A stretch of DNA of 64,000 bases from Fimbriosthenelais zetlandica (GCA_977030845.1 OZ365114.1:26164001-26228000), one strand, 5' to 3'; shown: positions 12,101 through 25,825, counted from the first letter of the stretch. Notes: generated by a model not told the origin, from the sequence alone. A program made the numbers and translations.

Positions 12101-15100
12101 AATTGACATAACCCGAACAAAGCTAAGATGGACGTATTGTTTCATTAATCCGTGGGATGACTTATCCATGAAATAGATTTCCCCCTGGGGAAGTAGCTGG
12201 TGAGTTAGTTGGTTTCCCCGTCATCCCTCATCATATCCTATCTACAAACAATGCAGGTAGGTGGAGGTCAGTGGGGGCAGGTGAGGGGATATGGGGTAAG
12301 CCTGAGCAAGGAATCTTAATGAAAATATGCGGATGAATGTCGTCTCCAGCAGCCGCCACTTCCGTTTTGGGATGTGTCTCAGTGGCTGGGTTCCCCACCA
12401 AGAAGATGTGTCACGGTGTCTGAGTAGCCTCCAGGGAAAGCAAATCCCTCCCGTTTGTTTCTCTTGTATTCTACAGGGGGCCCTGACCCCAGATAAACTA
12501 GAAAATTACGATGGGCGGTCTAGCGGTGGTCTTCCTTCCCAGTTGTGTGGTTTTATCCCAATGCTGGAGTATGTTGTCTAGTTGTTTATTTACACACTGA
12601 TCAGTATAAGCAAGGATTTATGATGTCCATCGAGGCAACCTTCGCAAAACCCTAGTAGTATTTACATTGGCCATTCCTATTTGATGTTTCAGTAGTTTAG
12701 CATTTTCACCAAAGTACCCATGATTAATTGTACCTAGATCTAGAACAGTTGAAAAATGGTCCTCTCCGGAGGGGGATCACTCCTCATAGACACATTAGTT
12801 TCAGGAGCAATAAGGGACATCATTGATTCTCCACACATACGGCCACTGGGTCAGGAAACCCAATCCTCACCCCTGACACCTGATGCCTAAATGTGGCATG
12901 GCTAAAGCAAAAAGTGCCTGCTCCAGGGGCTGGCCAGGCACTGCCCAAGAGCAACATGTGGCTGAGGAATTCAGCCTCTTCAAACTCATGAAACAGTGAC
13001 AAATGTCATGATAAAGTATGTGACCATATGTTCTTCATATGTATGCATCATCCACTTGACACCTCTTTGTACCTTTAGGTTTAATTGATTAAGATTTAAA
13101 GTACCTCATATATGAGAATAACTATATCATGTTTCTCGTACTCAGCAGTGCAGACCTTTGAGGCACATTCCTTCAGTGTAAATTCTATCCAAATTTATGG
13201 GGTTACGCTTCAACATTATATCTATTGAACACACCCGATTACCATTATTGTCTTAAAGGCCCTTGGCCTTCCATAGAACATGTGGTGCGAGCTGGCAGTG
13301 TTGCTTAGAAACGCTCATGTTACTTCCGGCTAAAAACCAACGGCGATGACCGCAACGCCCTGGTGCTGTCACACGCCATTAGTTCACTCGGCACTCACCA
13401 GAGGGATGCTGCCCCGAGGGTCCCTCACTCAGGTCTTAGATCAATAGCAAAGACAGCTTGGCATCTCAGCTGACCATCACACTCTCCACCAATGGGGGAA
13501 TGGATAACAAAATGGGGCACCAATAAAACGGAGCCTCACAAAAGGAATGGTCCGAGCTGAGATGCTCCCAGCCCGGCAGTCCTCTAACCTTAGCACTCTC
13601 CTGACGTCAGCCGGGGGACTTTTATTGTGCTTTTTCTCTGAATTCTACTTCTGTTGGAGTTTAGTTGATTGGTTGGGAGAACAGACGAGTATAACAAGGG
13701 AGCAAGTGAATGGCACCTCCCTTCAACATAATCCACTTTACTCGAGTCTCAGCCATGAGCTAATCTTGGTCAGCAAACGGAGCTCATTCATTGGCCTCGG
13801 CTCAGCCTCGTTTCCATAGCTTCTAGAGCCTCACTTCAAATGCAGACTCATTGCTGAGACTGCTAGGTCGATCCCAACATAAGCCGCAGTGAGAAGTTTA
13901 ATGAAATCCCGCCTGTTTAGTGTTACGAGGTGGCCCATCATCTGACGAAGGGTCTCAGACCAATTCACCTCTTGGCATCACTTATGCCAAATGGGGCACT
14001 ATCTGAGATCCACTTATTGTGGCCTCTATTTTAAGTGGCATCCAGCTCTGAATGTGCACTTATCCCCTCTCCGTCTGTAATTGCCCCCGTGCATTCCAGA
14101 CCAATACTAGTGAGAAGTTTCAAATGCGGGTCCAAACTTCTGAGAAGGTTTTTTCTCTCCTGGACATGCGTTCAAGCGATGAGGTGTCAAAGTTGAAACT
14201 TGGGCCTTAAAGCTGTAATTTTGAATGCGTGGTCACTTGACTGAGTTGTTGTCGTTGTAGACGTCATCTGAGCCCGTCTCCATGCCTGTGGGCAGCCTCA
14301 TGTCATCACCAGGAAGTGACACAATACCAGGCAAAATGCATCCAGTTCTCACTTCCAGCTGACAGTTGTAACAGGTACAAATTCCTGACCGGATGTTGGG
14401 ATCTTAGCTTGTGGCGCCACCTAGTGTAGCTGCTAATTGGTGGTCTTAACCCCGCCATAGTCAGTGATTGACCTGATGTTTTGGAGAATTGCGCGGGAGG
14501 GCTTCTGGACAAGGAGAGTTAATTGAGCTGGATCTTCTTGAGCAGCTCAGAGTGATTCAGTAGACTATGAGCAGGTTGAGAGGACACTATCCAATCAGAC
14601 TTCTGTATATCCATTAGCATTTTTGTGTGGGGAAAGTACAGACCCCTTCTCAGGAACCAATTGCTTGTATTTCTCCCATGCATTCAAACACTCCCTCAGG
14701 AATTTGTAATGCATTAAGTTCCAAGCAATTCGGATTTCTTGTTAGATTCTATATACAGATGTGCAATAGATACAGGAACATTTTCCCGAGTGTTTTGTCC
14801 CCTTTTTCTGGGATTAACTCAAAAGTACTTACTTCTGAAAGACATCTCGTATCTATAGATGCTATAATAGAGTTATGCCATCCATGCACATCGTTAGATT
14901 TTCCTCCTCATCCAGATATATCCGATCTGTCTGATTGCCCTCAAATCTTCTCTTTTTTCCCGAGCTAACACTCCTCTGATCATTTCCCTCCTCTTCCTGT
15001 GCGGACACCTTTCTCTTCCGACCATTATAGTTATTAATTTTTCAATCATATTCATTTGGCCAAGATAATGATTGGCCCTGCAGGCGCTAATTATTAGCCA

Positions 15101-17220
15101 ATTAAAGCATTAAGGACTGCCACTAGCTGACTGGAATTGTTTCAAGTGTCTTGGAATAGGAACAACCCCCCTGCTAGATTGACTAGCTTGTTCTTGTTCG
15201 AAATAGCATTATCGTATGACCAGCTATGTCCACACTGAACATGTCAGGAATGTGATTACATTTCCTGTATTAGCACTCATCTATCTGCTGCTCTGTTTTT
15301 CTTTATAATACATGAGTGTATAAAAATATTGCCATCAAATTTTCCCTGCTTGTGGTGACTAGAGTTACTCCAGTCTCTTCTCATTTCAGACTTTGATACA
15401 TATAATAAACTATGTCCATCATGTAGTTCTTCCTTTATGGATACAGTAGATCTGAGATCACATATTCATTGTATCATCTATCTATACTTCCCTTCCGTTA
15501 CTGCTCTTGCATCCCTCTGTTTCTCCCTGAACCATCCAAGCCAATCAAGTCTCTCAGACCGATGCCTAGTTAAGCCCCAAACATCCATAGGTGTCACATA
15601 CAAATTACGTGCCTTGTTCCCTGCTTGTCGCTCAGTGAATCTTGCATGAGGGTTAACTGTTACACCACCTTCCATATTCATTCCTTTCCCCCACTCCACA
15701 ACCCCGCATCCATCCTGTCTCCCTCCTCCCCACTCATTGACCAAAGCTGGGCTGACTAAACCCAGGGGTCTCAAGAGGTCAGCCAAGTGACATATTTTGT
15801 GTCCAATAAGGAACCAAATTGTTCAGCTCCAGCCACAAATGATGAAAGAGATAGACTTGTGAAAATTTGATGCTGCTATCCCAGCCTATGGTTTAAGCTG
15901 GCCTTCCCCTCGCCTACTCAGCAAGTAGAGCAGTTAAGGGAGCCATATCCAGTGTTTTGGGAATCTTCCATAGGGACGTAATATTGGTGCCAGTGATCTG
16001 CCTTGTGGGACGCCATCCCAGATAGACGAGTTAGGTGTGGGAGGTAGTGTGGACACTCCAAATCAGCAGAGGAAAATACCCAATAGCACTTTCTCACAGT
16101 CAGGAATTATGACATTAGCATCCAATATGCCTTCCAGCTACATCGTCAAGTATAGGGACTGCAAATTGGCGCCATTACTGAGAATGGTAGAGACTGCAGA
16201 GATGGCAAATTAGCCTTAGATATCAAGCAAGCATAGGCTCTCTTTCTCTCCTCCTCATTCTCAAGGCACAGAAAATATATTATACCATCAATTGGTTTCA
16301 GCAGCTGTACATAGATAAATATAGGGCTAAATTATTTCACATGCAATTACCTAAATGACGTTCGGTTTAAGATAAACTTCCTTTCAATATGTTACTCATG
16401 CTGTTTTCCATCTGTTTTCCTAATAAACATATTAAAGTTGCATGTCTATGCATAATAATTTCTCGGAAGCAGACAGTTTGAATGTAAACTGTTTAATCAC
16501 ATCTTCAGCTCTCGTTGCTGACATATATTGGCTTATTTGCCGGTTTTGAAGCAAATCAATGACAGTTCCTCTGGGCGTCCAATGATTTGCATATTTTAGT
16601 ACCACAGTGAATGACCCAGTAATCCTGGGGCGGAACCACTAATCCCCATTGGACTAATGAACTCTCTGGAGGGATTAGTGACAATTAGTGGTGATCCAGT
16701 GGTGAGAATTCCTGTTTTTTTACTCCACTCACCAATTGCTGGTGGCCGAATCTTGTCTATAATATAGAATCCTACCCCATAATATGGCATGTAATTGTAA
16801 ATGGATGAAAGTGGTAAATTATAATGAAGCCATTGTCACTTTTTTATGGTAATTCTATGGTAATAGGGGTGGTTGGATGGATGTTGAGGTTTATTAAGCT
16901 CATATTTTGTCCCATGTGGAGAAGTTTTAGAAGGATCGTATGGCTGTTTGAATTATAATACATGCCACCTGAACGATTGATACATCCATAAGATCCATTG
17001 TACTAATTTTACTGTGCCATCTATAATTTATATCTAAACATAGTCCCTCAGAGACTGTACATTGAATACAATTACACGCCTCTAATGAAAATATCACTGC
17101 CACTAATTCCATTAGGTCTTTGAATCATTTTCCATTTCACAATCCGGCCCATTCTTCTCTGTCTTCCTCCAGCCATATTATCGAGTATCCATTCCCTGAG
17201 ACTTTTCCTTCTAATTACAC

Positions 17221-17257
17221 ATTCTCATAATTACTCATTCTCATAATTACTCATTCT
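17221..17257 (+). repeat. 16-bp tandem repeat (ATTCTCATAATTACTC x2 plus partial)
   Basis: Read directly from the sequence. Confidence 0.8.
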
Positions 17258-19073
17258 AACCCAGGACTTGGGAATGATCGGTGTTCGCCGAAGTAATTCT
17301 CCAAGAGTCGCATTCCATTAGCGACTAATTTACATTCCATTCAAATCATTCACTGGAGATTAAATTCATGACGAAACCTGTTGCTTTGTTAGCCTCGTTT
17401 GCTTATAAGGCTGGAACGATGGGCGATAATAGATAAGATATAAGACTGTGATGGCTTAAGTATGCTAATAGCTGTGATTAACGGAGGAAGGGATTAGTCC
17501 TGGTGGTGGGACATGGAATAGGGTAGAAATGAAATGATGTAGTGTGATGAGGGGGTATAATAATCACCCCAACTAACGTATCACTCATATACACAGCTAA
17601 TCACACCCCTCATGTCATACACTCCTTGTTATTCCAACATCCATACCATGAAAACCTTATTATATGACGCCGGATGAATTTAAAATTTCATCACGGCTAT
17701 TATGGGGGAATGAATCATGGAGTCTTTTCACTGCTGGTGTGGCGGGGATGGGGCTTGATATGATTACAATGTTAATAGTGGGGAGGACTTGGGTTCCAGT
17801 GGAGAGCCCTATTCACCAGTCAGCCTAAGCTAATTAAGAGGAGAGCAATAAGGGTTGTTTATAATCCATAACCACTCATTACCCTGTAACTCTCCGCCAA
17901 TTTTCCCTTCATCTTGGCTACTTCATACATAATAATAACTAAAGATGTAATCTCCCGAACACGGGCTTCATTAGACCGTATTCACACCACATTCCGTTTT
18001 TATACTAATTTGCTATGTTTTGTCAGTTTGGGTTGGTGGGAGATGGGATATGGGTATCAAGGTTTGGAATAAACGCCTGCATGCTTCCAGACACAAATAC
18101 CCTTCATTTGGAAATTAAGGAAAATTATATCAAATAAAATATAAGAAAAACCATCCCATGAATATGTTATTAGTATCGAACTTAATAATCATGTAACAGT
18201 ACCCCAGAAAAACTCGTGAAAAAAGATACATAGATAAGTATCAGGGAGGGAGAGCAAGGGCGGTAAGTGTTGAAAACTCCCAGAATAAACTGTCTATATG
18301 TCTCATTTAGTGTCAGACAGGAATCTCATTATTGGCTCCACCAATGTCAGCTTTTTTGTCTGGTCCTCTCATTTAGTTTGTCAATGTATGTGGAAGCTCT
18401 CCAGTTTAAGAGCACACATGGAACGAATTGTGTTCAGAGATTTTCAAACCACCCAGACTCCCTGTCCACTGTTCCCCATCTTCCTTCAGTTCTCACCTCT
18501 AGTCACGTGGTTTCAAATACCGCGAGGTGAAACGAGAGTGACATTGTGATTCAGCGCCCCCTTTCGCCAAAGGCTCCAAACACCATTACCACATTGACAC
18601 GTGATTGACAAAGCTATAATTTTCCATGGCAACATGAAAAGTCTGAGTGACCTTGGGTTTGACCTTTAAGTCTGAAATGTTTGCTGATTCCAACATGTAG
18701 GCCTGGCTGCCGCTATCGCGCGAGATAATGTAGGAGGCCTGTAGTCCAATACACTACTAGATGCTTCAATGGTATTACATCGGGAAATTGCATTTTGGCA
18801 CGCAAATCTGACCGATATAATCGAGGAATAAAATAGCAATTAACTTTGACAAGTCCTTTTGAACTCTTATATCTCAACACGATTGCTGTGTTGAGCAGAA
18901 TGTTAATCTTTGAACGATTTGGAAGAGGAGTTGGAAACATAAAAAATACACCAGGCACATACCGTGAAGGAGATGCCTAGATGCATACAACCACAGATAC
19001 GCCTATTTAATTTTTTCTGAAAGCATTCTGAACTTCATCCAACACGTCGATAAGTTATCATCATTCAGTGTCT

Positions 19074-19420
19074 CTAGTTTTTAATAAAGCAGAGTTGGAA
19101 ACTATTATTTGAAGTTAGCCGTCCAATCTCATTCATTAGGCTCGCTTGATTATAACTGGATTTGTTTGTTCTTGAAGCAGAAGAACTTAAACCAGTTGAG
19201 ACATTCTTCACAAACAGAATTCTCATCAAAATTTTGCTGTCATCTTCAATTCTGCTTTCATAATAACTGTCCCTCTTCACTCTCTTTGACTTCATTGCAG
19301 ATCCCAAATCCAATTTTCCTTCGAGCTAGAATTCAAATAATCTCATCTATGATGAAGACACTAATGATTTTCAATTTTTCACAAGGTCCTTGTGAATTAC
19401 CAAGTTTCTCAAATGTTTAG
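19074..19420 (-). mobile_element. Possible decayed LINE ORF2 fragment (endonuclease-RT linker)
   Basis: Minus-strand peptides KHLRNLVI and KRVKRDSYYESRIEDDSKILMRIL resemble the CR1/L2-type linker pattern (K.LRN.V ... AKR.YY...I...D.K.LW). Pattern resemblance only. Confidence 0.25.
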
Positions 19421-22400
19421 TGAAGAACCCAAGAATCCCAAGAATCTCTTCATGCGGAGTCTGAAAGTCGAGAAACTTCCAAGAGCTTGGCAAAAAGGGA
19501 AGCGAATGAATTCCAATGCACAGAACAGGAAGTGTCTGAGCGCGCATGCGTTGTTGAGTAGAGTATCGCCCGTGGCGCCCTCTATTAATGGTAGCAGACA
19601 CCTGTGATTATGTCAAGGATTGTTGCTACCATGATACATCATCATTATGATCAGTTCTTCCTGATAGGCTTTCTGTCGAGTCGCGATTTTTTTGTGAGGA
19701 TGGAAGGTGATGGATATGTGGGAGGGGAGGGACTGAGGTTAAGTTGTTTAAGGCCTGAGAATGAGGGGTAATTTAGGCCTTAAGTTAAGTAGCAGCGAGA
19801 CATATCACCTCTAGCTAGAGTTCAGGAGTGAATGTCATTTCACTATGTTATTGAGTACGGGTCGATTCCATGTTTCACCCAACCATTATCTGTGAGATAA
19901 ACAAGCCTGAATTCTGCGTAATATCCATGGCCTTGTGCGCGCGTACGATCATTTCCCTTACTTGTTTTCCCTTGTGTTCTGAGGACACCCATCTCTGTAT
20001 GGAACAGAAAGGTTTGATAAGCTTTATCAAACAGTCAGTCCCTGCATACGTGTGTCTATAATGAATGGCTGTTTCCACTACGCAGCCTCTAGCTGATTAA
20101 TTATTAACTAAGTTTTTTTGGGAGAGTGAGGAAGGCAAAGAGAGCACGTATGGAGATGTTCGTGATCTTGAGGAATCACTGCCTCCGTAATGCGATCCCT
20201 CACGTACCGCACGTCCCCATGCAAGAATGAAAACACCTGCTGACTGCATTAAACTTGAATGAGTTTACAGAAAAATCCATAAGCGAGTTATGCATGATTC
20301 GCAAAATGATTGTAAAAACGCCCAACACTGATACGTCTTCATTGACATTACTAACAGAATCCTTGGATTTTGAAGCAACAAAGTTTCTTTTCTAGGAGAT
20401 AATGAATCTGCCTGTTGTCTGCGTCTACTGCATGTATTTGTTCTGAACTTGCTAACAGTAAAGTCTTTTTTCTTGATCTCAACACTGATTTACTGATCCT
20501 GGATATTTCTTTGTTCTTGTTTCAAGAGAGTTTTCTCTCGACAATCGCAGAAACTTGGCCTTTATTACATGTGTATCAAAAGCAGAGTTTACAATATATA
20601 TTGTATTTCAGTGTCATAAAGGAATATTATGATTCATCACAACCAGGTCTAAAATATAGGTCTGATACTTTATTGAACCAAGATCCCTGGATTTAAATCA
20701 TGTTAATAAGTTCCATATCAATACAGCAGAATTATGTATTCTTCTATAGTATCTTCATACTCCCAATGGTCGAGGAATGGGTCCACATCATATGGTAAGA
20801 GTAAGGGGTGTGTGAAGGGTGGAGGGGATGAAGTACTGATGCTGGCCGTCGTCTATTCTCCAGGGTTATGTTAGATCTTTGATCCCTATCTCTGTGAGAT
20901 CCATGACCTCCGTGTTATGAGGACATGCTATCTTCATGCCTGTACCTCCTCCTAGACCTTCTCGTTCTCCCGCGTTTAATGCTGGGGACATGTCCTAGCC
21001 TCCAGTTAAGTGTTCCCCCTCTTGTCTCCCCCAGGATTCCCATCCATGCGGCGACCCTGGGGTCTTTGGGAGTCGGGAGAGACAACCCTTTATATGGGAA
21101 AGTTAAGAAATAAATTCCTTTACATGTCATCCTCCTTGCAAGAGTCTTTTCATATTCATATTCTTACCAAAAATAGTCAGAAATACAATGCTACAAAAGA
21201 GTCAGAAATATAATGTTAAAATTCACATTTTATAATCTATTCCAAAGCTAAATATTGCATGTGATGTTAACAGCGTCTTCCATCGATATATCAGTTTGAA
21301 TTATATGTAACCTTAAATTCAGGCTATCATGCAAAACTTGTCAAGATCAATATCGCGATTGTCATGGCTTTTGCGCCCCGATGTCCCCGGGCCCGTATCT
21401 TGACATTGGCCTCCCAAGTCATCACCGCTGTATCCCCCTCCCTGGCCCTCTAGTGCTGCTGGGCCGCCCCCTCTTAGCCACTTAGCGAACTAAACAATTG
21501 CGGTTACCTCCGGATGTTGCTCTCCATTTGTCTTCCGTTGATGGATAGAAGTATTATGATGAACGCTCCCATTCAATGCGTGTTTCTCACCAACAATAGT
21601 CGCCCTTTCATCAAACACATTCTTGGCGAATCAAAAACTGTCCAAATACAAAACTTTCAAGTTAGAAATGATTTTATGTTTGAACAAACACGCTTCCTAC
21701 TCAGCTTTGGATTTGTCTCGAATTGAATTCATTTCCAAATATGGACACTTTCCGGAATGGGGTCGCATCTGTTTGTCAATTCTTTAATTAAGAATTTTTA
21801 TAAACTGATCAAATTCTCAAATGTAAGATCTTGTGAGCTATGATGAGGCTGGCATTCCTTGATACCTGATATTGCACCTAAGGCGGTATTAATGGTAACT
21901 ACAAACACGTTAATTTACAAACATTAAATGTTTGAGCAGTGATGCAGTCATCTCTTGCTGACCTTTGGCCTCCATTCTTTGTGCCTTGAAGGCTCGCCTC
22001 AATATCACAAACCGTGGTAATTCAAGGAAGAGCGTGGAGGATACCCTCATTACAATATGCGCAGGATGTGAGGGTTGTCGTATTTTCTGCGCATTATCAG
22101 AATGCACCAATGCATACTTGCCCCACGGCGGTGCACTGATTGTTATGTAACAAAAATGACCATCCAGACTTGCATTTCACAGAGCATTTCTCTCTGAAAT
22201 AACCAAATTTGCAACTTTAATTAGCCGTTGATTAGACTATTTAGTGCATTAATTACCCAGCCAATCGTGTAATTACACTTCTTACTTGGCCACTCTCCAC
22301 TCTTTGTGCCGGGGAGGCAGGAAAGGATGCTCAGTCAGGAGCACTTCCTGGGGCAGGTCGAGGTCGAAAAAATATCCACAGAAAGAAGCAACCTATCGAT

Positions 22401-23793
22401 GTCACACAGGGCTAGCGCAACATGACTTTCTTCTATTGTTTTGATACAAAAAATTAAATTAAAACATTGTTATTAATAATGGATGAATGGACAGATTGTC
22501 AGTGTTGTCAGACAAATGAAAAATGCCTGAAATCAGACCCTTAATAACAGCGCTAGTTATTAGAAAGTGCCAATCATCATTTTGTGCGAGTTTAAATTTT
22601 TGTGCATGTGATGCGGATAGAACTTGACAGGGCACTAATCAGGTAGTGTTATTGAACCCACTTCTGGCGCGTGTTACAAGAGAAAAGAAAATCAGCAACT
22701 ACTAAATGATCTCTGTTTGGGAAATTAGAGAGAGGATATCCGTCAGTAACTTTGCGAAGTATTCTATGACTATATTTTTGATGACAGATCTATAGCGTGA
22801 TGACAGGAGGTAAATGAAGACTCTGCTATACTGTATGCAGTCTTATTTTATATATAGAAGTATAACATGGGATCCATGGAACAAACATATAAACTGTTAT
22901 GCATCACCAACCTTGCTTTCCACTTAGCAAGGTTTCAGATGAAGACTTAACATTACAGAAGACAATATAATCCACTTCCGCTCAGTAGCAAAGCAAAGCG
23001 AGCTGTCATTCCGATGACTAGGCGCCCAAGAAAAGATAATATCTTGTAGACAAAACCTAAGAGAGTATATGTGGGGAAGGAGAGGAGGGAGAGGGAAGCG
23101 TGTGGGAAAGCCTTGACGCTCGACCACCTGTCTTCCCTGCCATCCCACGTTTGAAAAACATACTTCATGTAGACTGGGCATGAAAGGAAGCGCGTATTCG
23201 TTGTCGCCGGAGCGCAATGCTTATGAGAATGGATTCTGGTTGCATTTCAAAGGGTTTGGGCAGGGAAGAGGGCTTGGATTCAACCCACATGCTATGGGGA
23301 TAGAGAATCTGATTACTTAAGGCATACATTTGGGAGGGGCCTATATTCTGTATAGCTGTGCTTCATATATATAGATGATCTTCTCGTGAATTCATGAAAG
23401 CAGAATATTATTTCTATTAAATTAACGTCACAAAATCGATGTCTGGATAAAGTTCTCGGGACACAGCAGACAGATAAAAAGAGTATTGGAACATACTGCG
23501 AACATATTATCCATTTGTCAATTGGATTGTCAGACAATTATACTCAAGATTCCTATTTTTATGGCTGTTGGTAAAAGCCTTTACCAAAACAAGTATCGTG
23601 TTGCTATTCTCCTCTTACTGAGATAGTCCTACCTGCCTGGATTTCTGCGATTTTCCAGGTTATACTGATAATCTTGTAAAATGTCTAATGCCCTCATGTA
23701 ATTGATGTTCTCAGGCCACCAGTGCCCTCCTTCCCTCTCTCGGGGGAAGAGGGACAAGATGGAAGAATGTCGCCCTTTTTCCGTGTAGATAAC

Positions 23794-23807
23794 GTTGCCA
23801 TGGAAAC
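23794..23807. promoter_or_regulatory. RFX X-box GTTGCCATGGAAAC
   Basis: Fits the palindromic RFX consensus GTYRCCATGGYAAC-type motif; an identical 14-mer occurs at 58576. Confidence 0.5.
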
Positions 23808-23945
23808 AAGCCATTGTCTCCCCCTGACTGGATTATTCACTAATTATAGGGTCCATGATGCGAAACAAAGAACGCTAAGTGTTCATTAAGGGCGAGCGCC
23901 TTGGCCAAATGGTCCCTCCTTCCCGGGGGATTTGACAGGGGGCTG

Positions 23946-24254
23946 GGGGCGGGCCCCCCGGCGGGAAATTTCGTGTTGACAATGGCTGGCGACAGTGCCC
24001 CCAGGGTGGGGTTTGAAGGTGGGGGGTGAGCTGAGTGATAGACGGTAGATGGGGGTATTGTCATGTCCGGGATGGCTTATTTGTAACGTGCGATTACCCC
24101 ATGTCACCAAGGAGACAATTGACACACCAGAGTTGACAGGAAGTGTGTGAATTGCTCATTTGTGGGCGTGGTCTCTTGAGCAGTCAGGTGGAACGGTCAA
24201 GTCTCGAGGCGCTCGTGACTTGTGCCGAGAGTTGATGGGAGGAGGCACTTCCTG
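23946..24254. promoter_or_regulatory. CpG/GC-rich promoter-like cluster: GC box, E2F, two ETS, KLF
   Basis: GGGGCGGG 23946, GGCGGGAAA 23960, CAGGAAGTG 24137, GGGCGTGG 24164, CACTTCCTG 24246. Confidence 0.4.
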
Positions 24255-25825
24255 TGCTGGTTAGCCCGGGTACCAGGTGGCATGGGCAACGAGGAAACAG
24301 GGGACATGTGTAAAAGAATGATGACGATTACACTAATAGAGTCACTGATAGAATTTACATGTACTGGCGAGGAATGATAGAGGTTCAATACTAAATACCT
24401 ATACTTTGAAGATAAACTGGACTGGTTAGAACTGATTGATTGAACATAAGCTGTCACTGACACAAAGACCATGAAAATTGCGTTTTTAATAGAAATTCCT
24501 AAAATTCCCAAGTGGTCCAGTTGGGATCTAAGAACAATGCCTGCAGACACAATCAAGCCTCAGTCAGTCAAGCGTAAAAGTTGGTTCCGCAGAATAATTC
24601 CTGACTATGAGTCAAGAGTCAAGAGCGACGTTGTCATGACGACCTTATCCTCTAATGACATGTGACGTGCGGGCATTAGTTCGTCCTATGGCCACCGTGG
24701 CGCCCTAATAAGCAATTTGACAAGGCAGATTGCAATCTGATTCAGCTGAACTGTCTTGTCTCCCAATTGTCACCTTTAACAATCCGGGGTTAACTGAATT
24801 TCATGGTCTCCTGTCATGCTTTCTGAATCATTTCGAGATACATTCCATCAAAATAGACAAAATATAAATTTTCGTCATATGTTCTACAATGTTAATATAA
24901 TAGATTATTCTCTAAATTAAAATTGAGGTATTGTTACCTTTATTTCTTTATCAGGGCAATATGTTTTATAGCCCTCATATAGCCTCCCACCATAGGATCC
25001 CGTGATCTGGTGATGGGATGTTCATTATGCATTTGACAGGCGGAAAAACGATATCAAAACAATTACAGCAGCATCACTGATCGATGTTTTTGCTATTCAG
25101 AATTCACTCCCCTGTTTTTTCTTACATTAAGTAGCATCATAAAATCTATTGATTGGATTAGGACAGATGTGTGACATATACATCTGGGGGATTGCGGTGC
25201 TGCGAAAAGATGTGTTACAGACAGAAATGTTATGTAAAAATTACTTCAAAGATGATTCGATATTTTTTATCATATAGTTGCTTTTGCTTCGCCTGACATT
25301 GTCTGTCATTAGGTAAAAAGTTCAATTAGCCAGAATAACAAAAACATTTCAAAGAGACTATTGATGAAAGGACCATATGGCGGCAGATATATTTTCATTA
25401 CTTCCGAGTTAATTTTCTGCGGAATGTTTGCAGATCCTTTGCAAAGAATTATTTGTAAAGGTATTGCGACAATCATCTTTACATTTCTATTGTTAAAAGA
25501 TTGTAATGTATTTGACATTTTGAAACACATGAGCATGAAAGCACACATGAGGAACATAAGAATGTCAGTCATTCTTCTTCTCATTCATTTCTATCAACGC
25601 ATTCGTCTTATATTTTCATGAGAAAATTACCTCTAGCATTATCCTCTGCAGCCGTACTGATTGCATAAACACTTTTTCCATTTAATGGAAAGACACAAAA
25701 ACAAAATGATACTCAAATCAACCCTTTTCATCATGGAAACACCCATTTTATTATTTTGAGCTATCACATTAATGAACCCAGTTTCAATATTGAATACTAA
25801 TTAGTTGTTTCTCTCATTTTTGCAG

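Noticed and set aside
15975-16020. Minus-strand GVPQGRSLAPIL resembling the LINE RT motif GVPQGSxLGPxL
   Set aside because: No YADD motif or other RT blocks follow in any frame. Kept only as part of the unassigned 12.3-17.2 kb block.
22057-22092. CAGCEGCRIFC in ORF 21965..22150 fits the CxxCxxCxxxC 4Fe-4S ferredoxin motif
   Set aside because: It lacks the following Pro and a second motif, has no splice or start context, and sits in a short intronic ORF. Most likely chance.
23270-23292. Minus-strand GGGTTGAATCC resembling a tRNA/SINE B-box
   Set aside because: No A-box or cloverleaf at the expected distance.
24105-24122. CAA GGA GAC AAT reading QGDN, like the mononegavirus L-protein QGDNQ motif
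   Set aside because: It is followed immediately by a stop and no other polymerase motifs are nearby.
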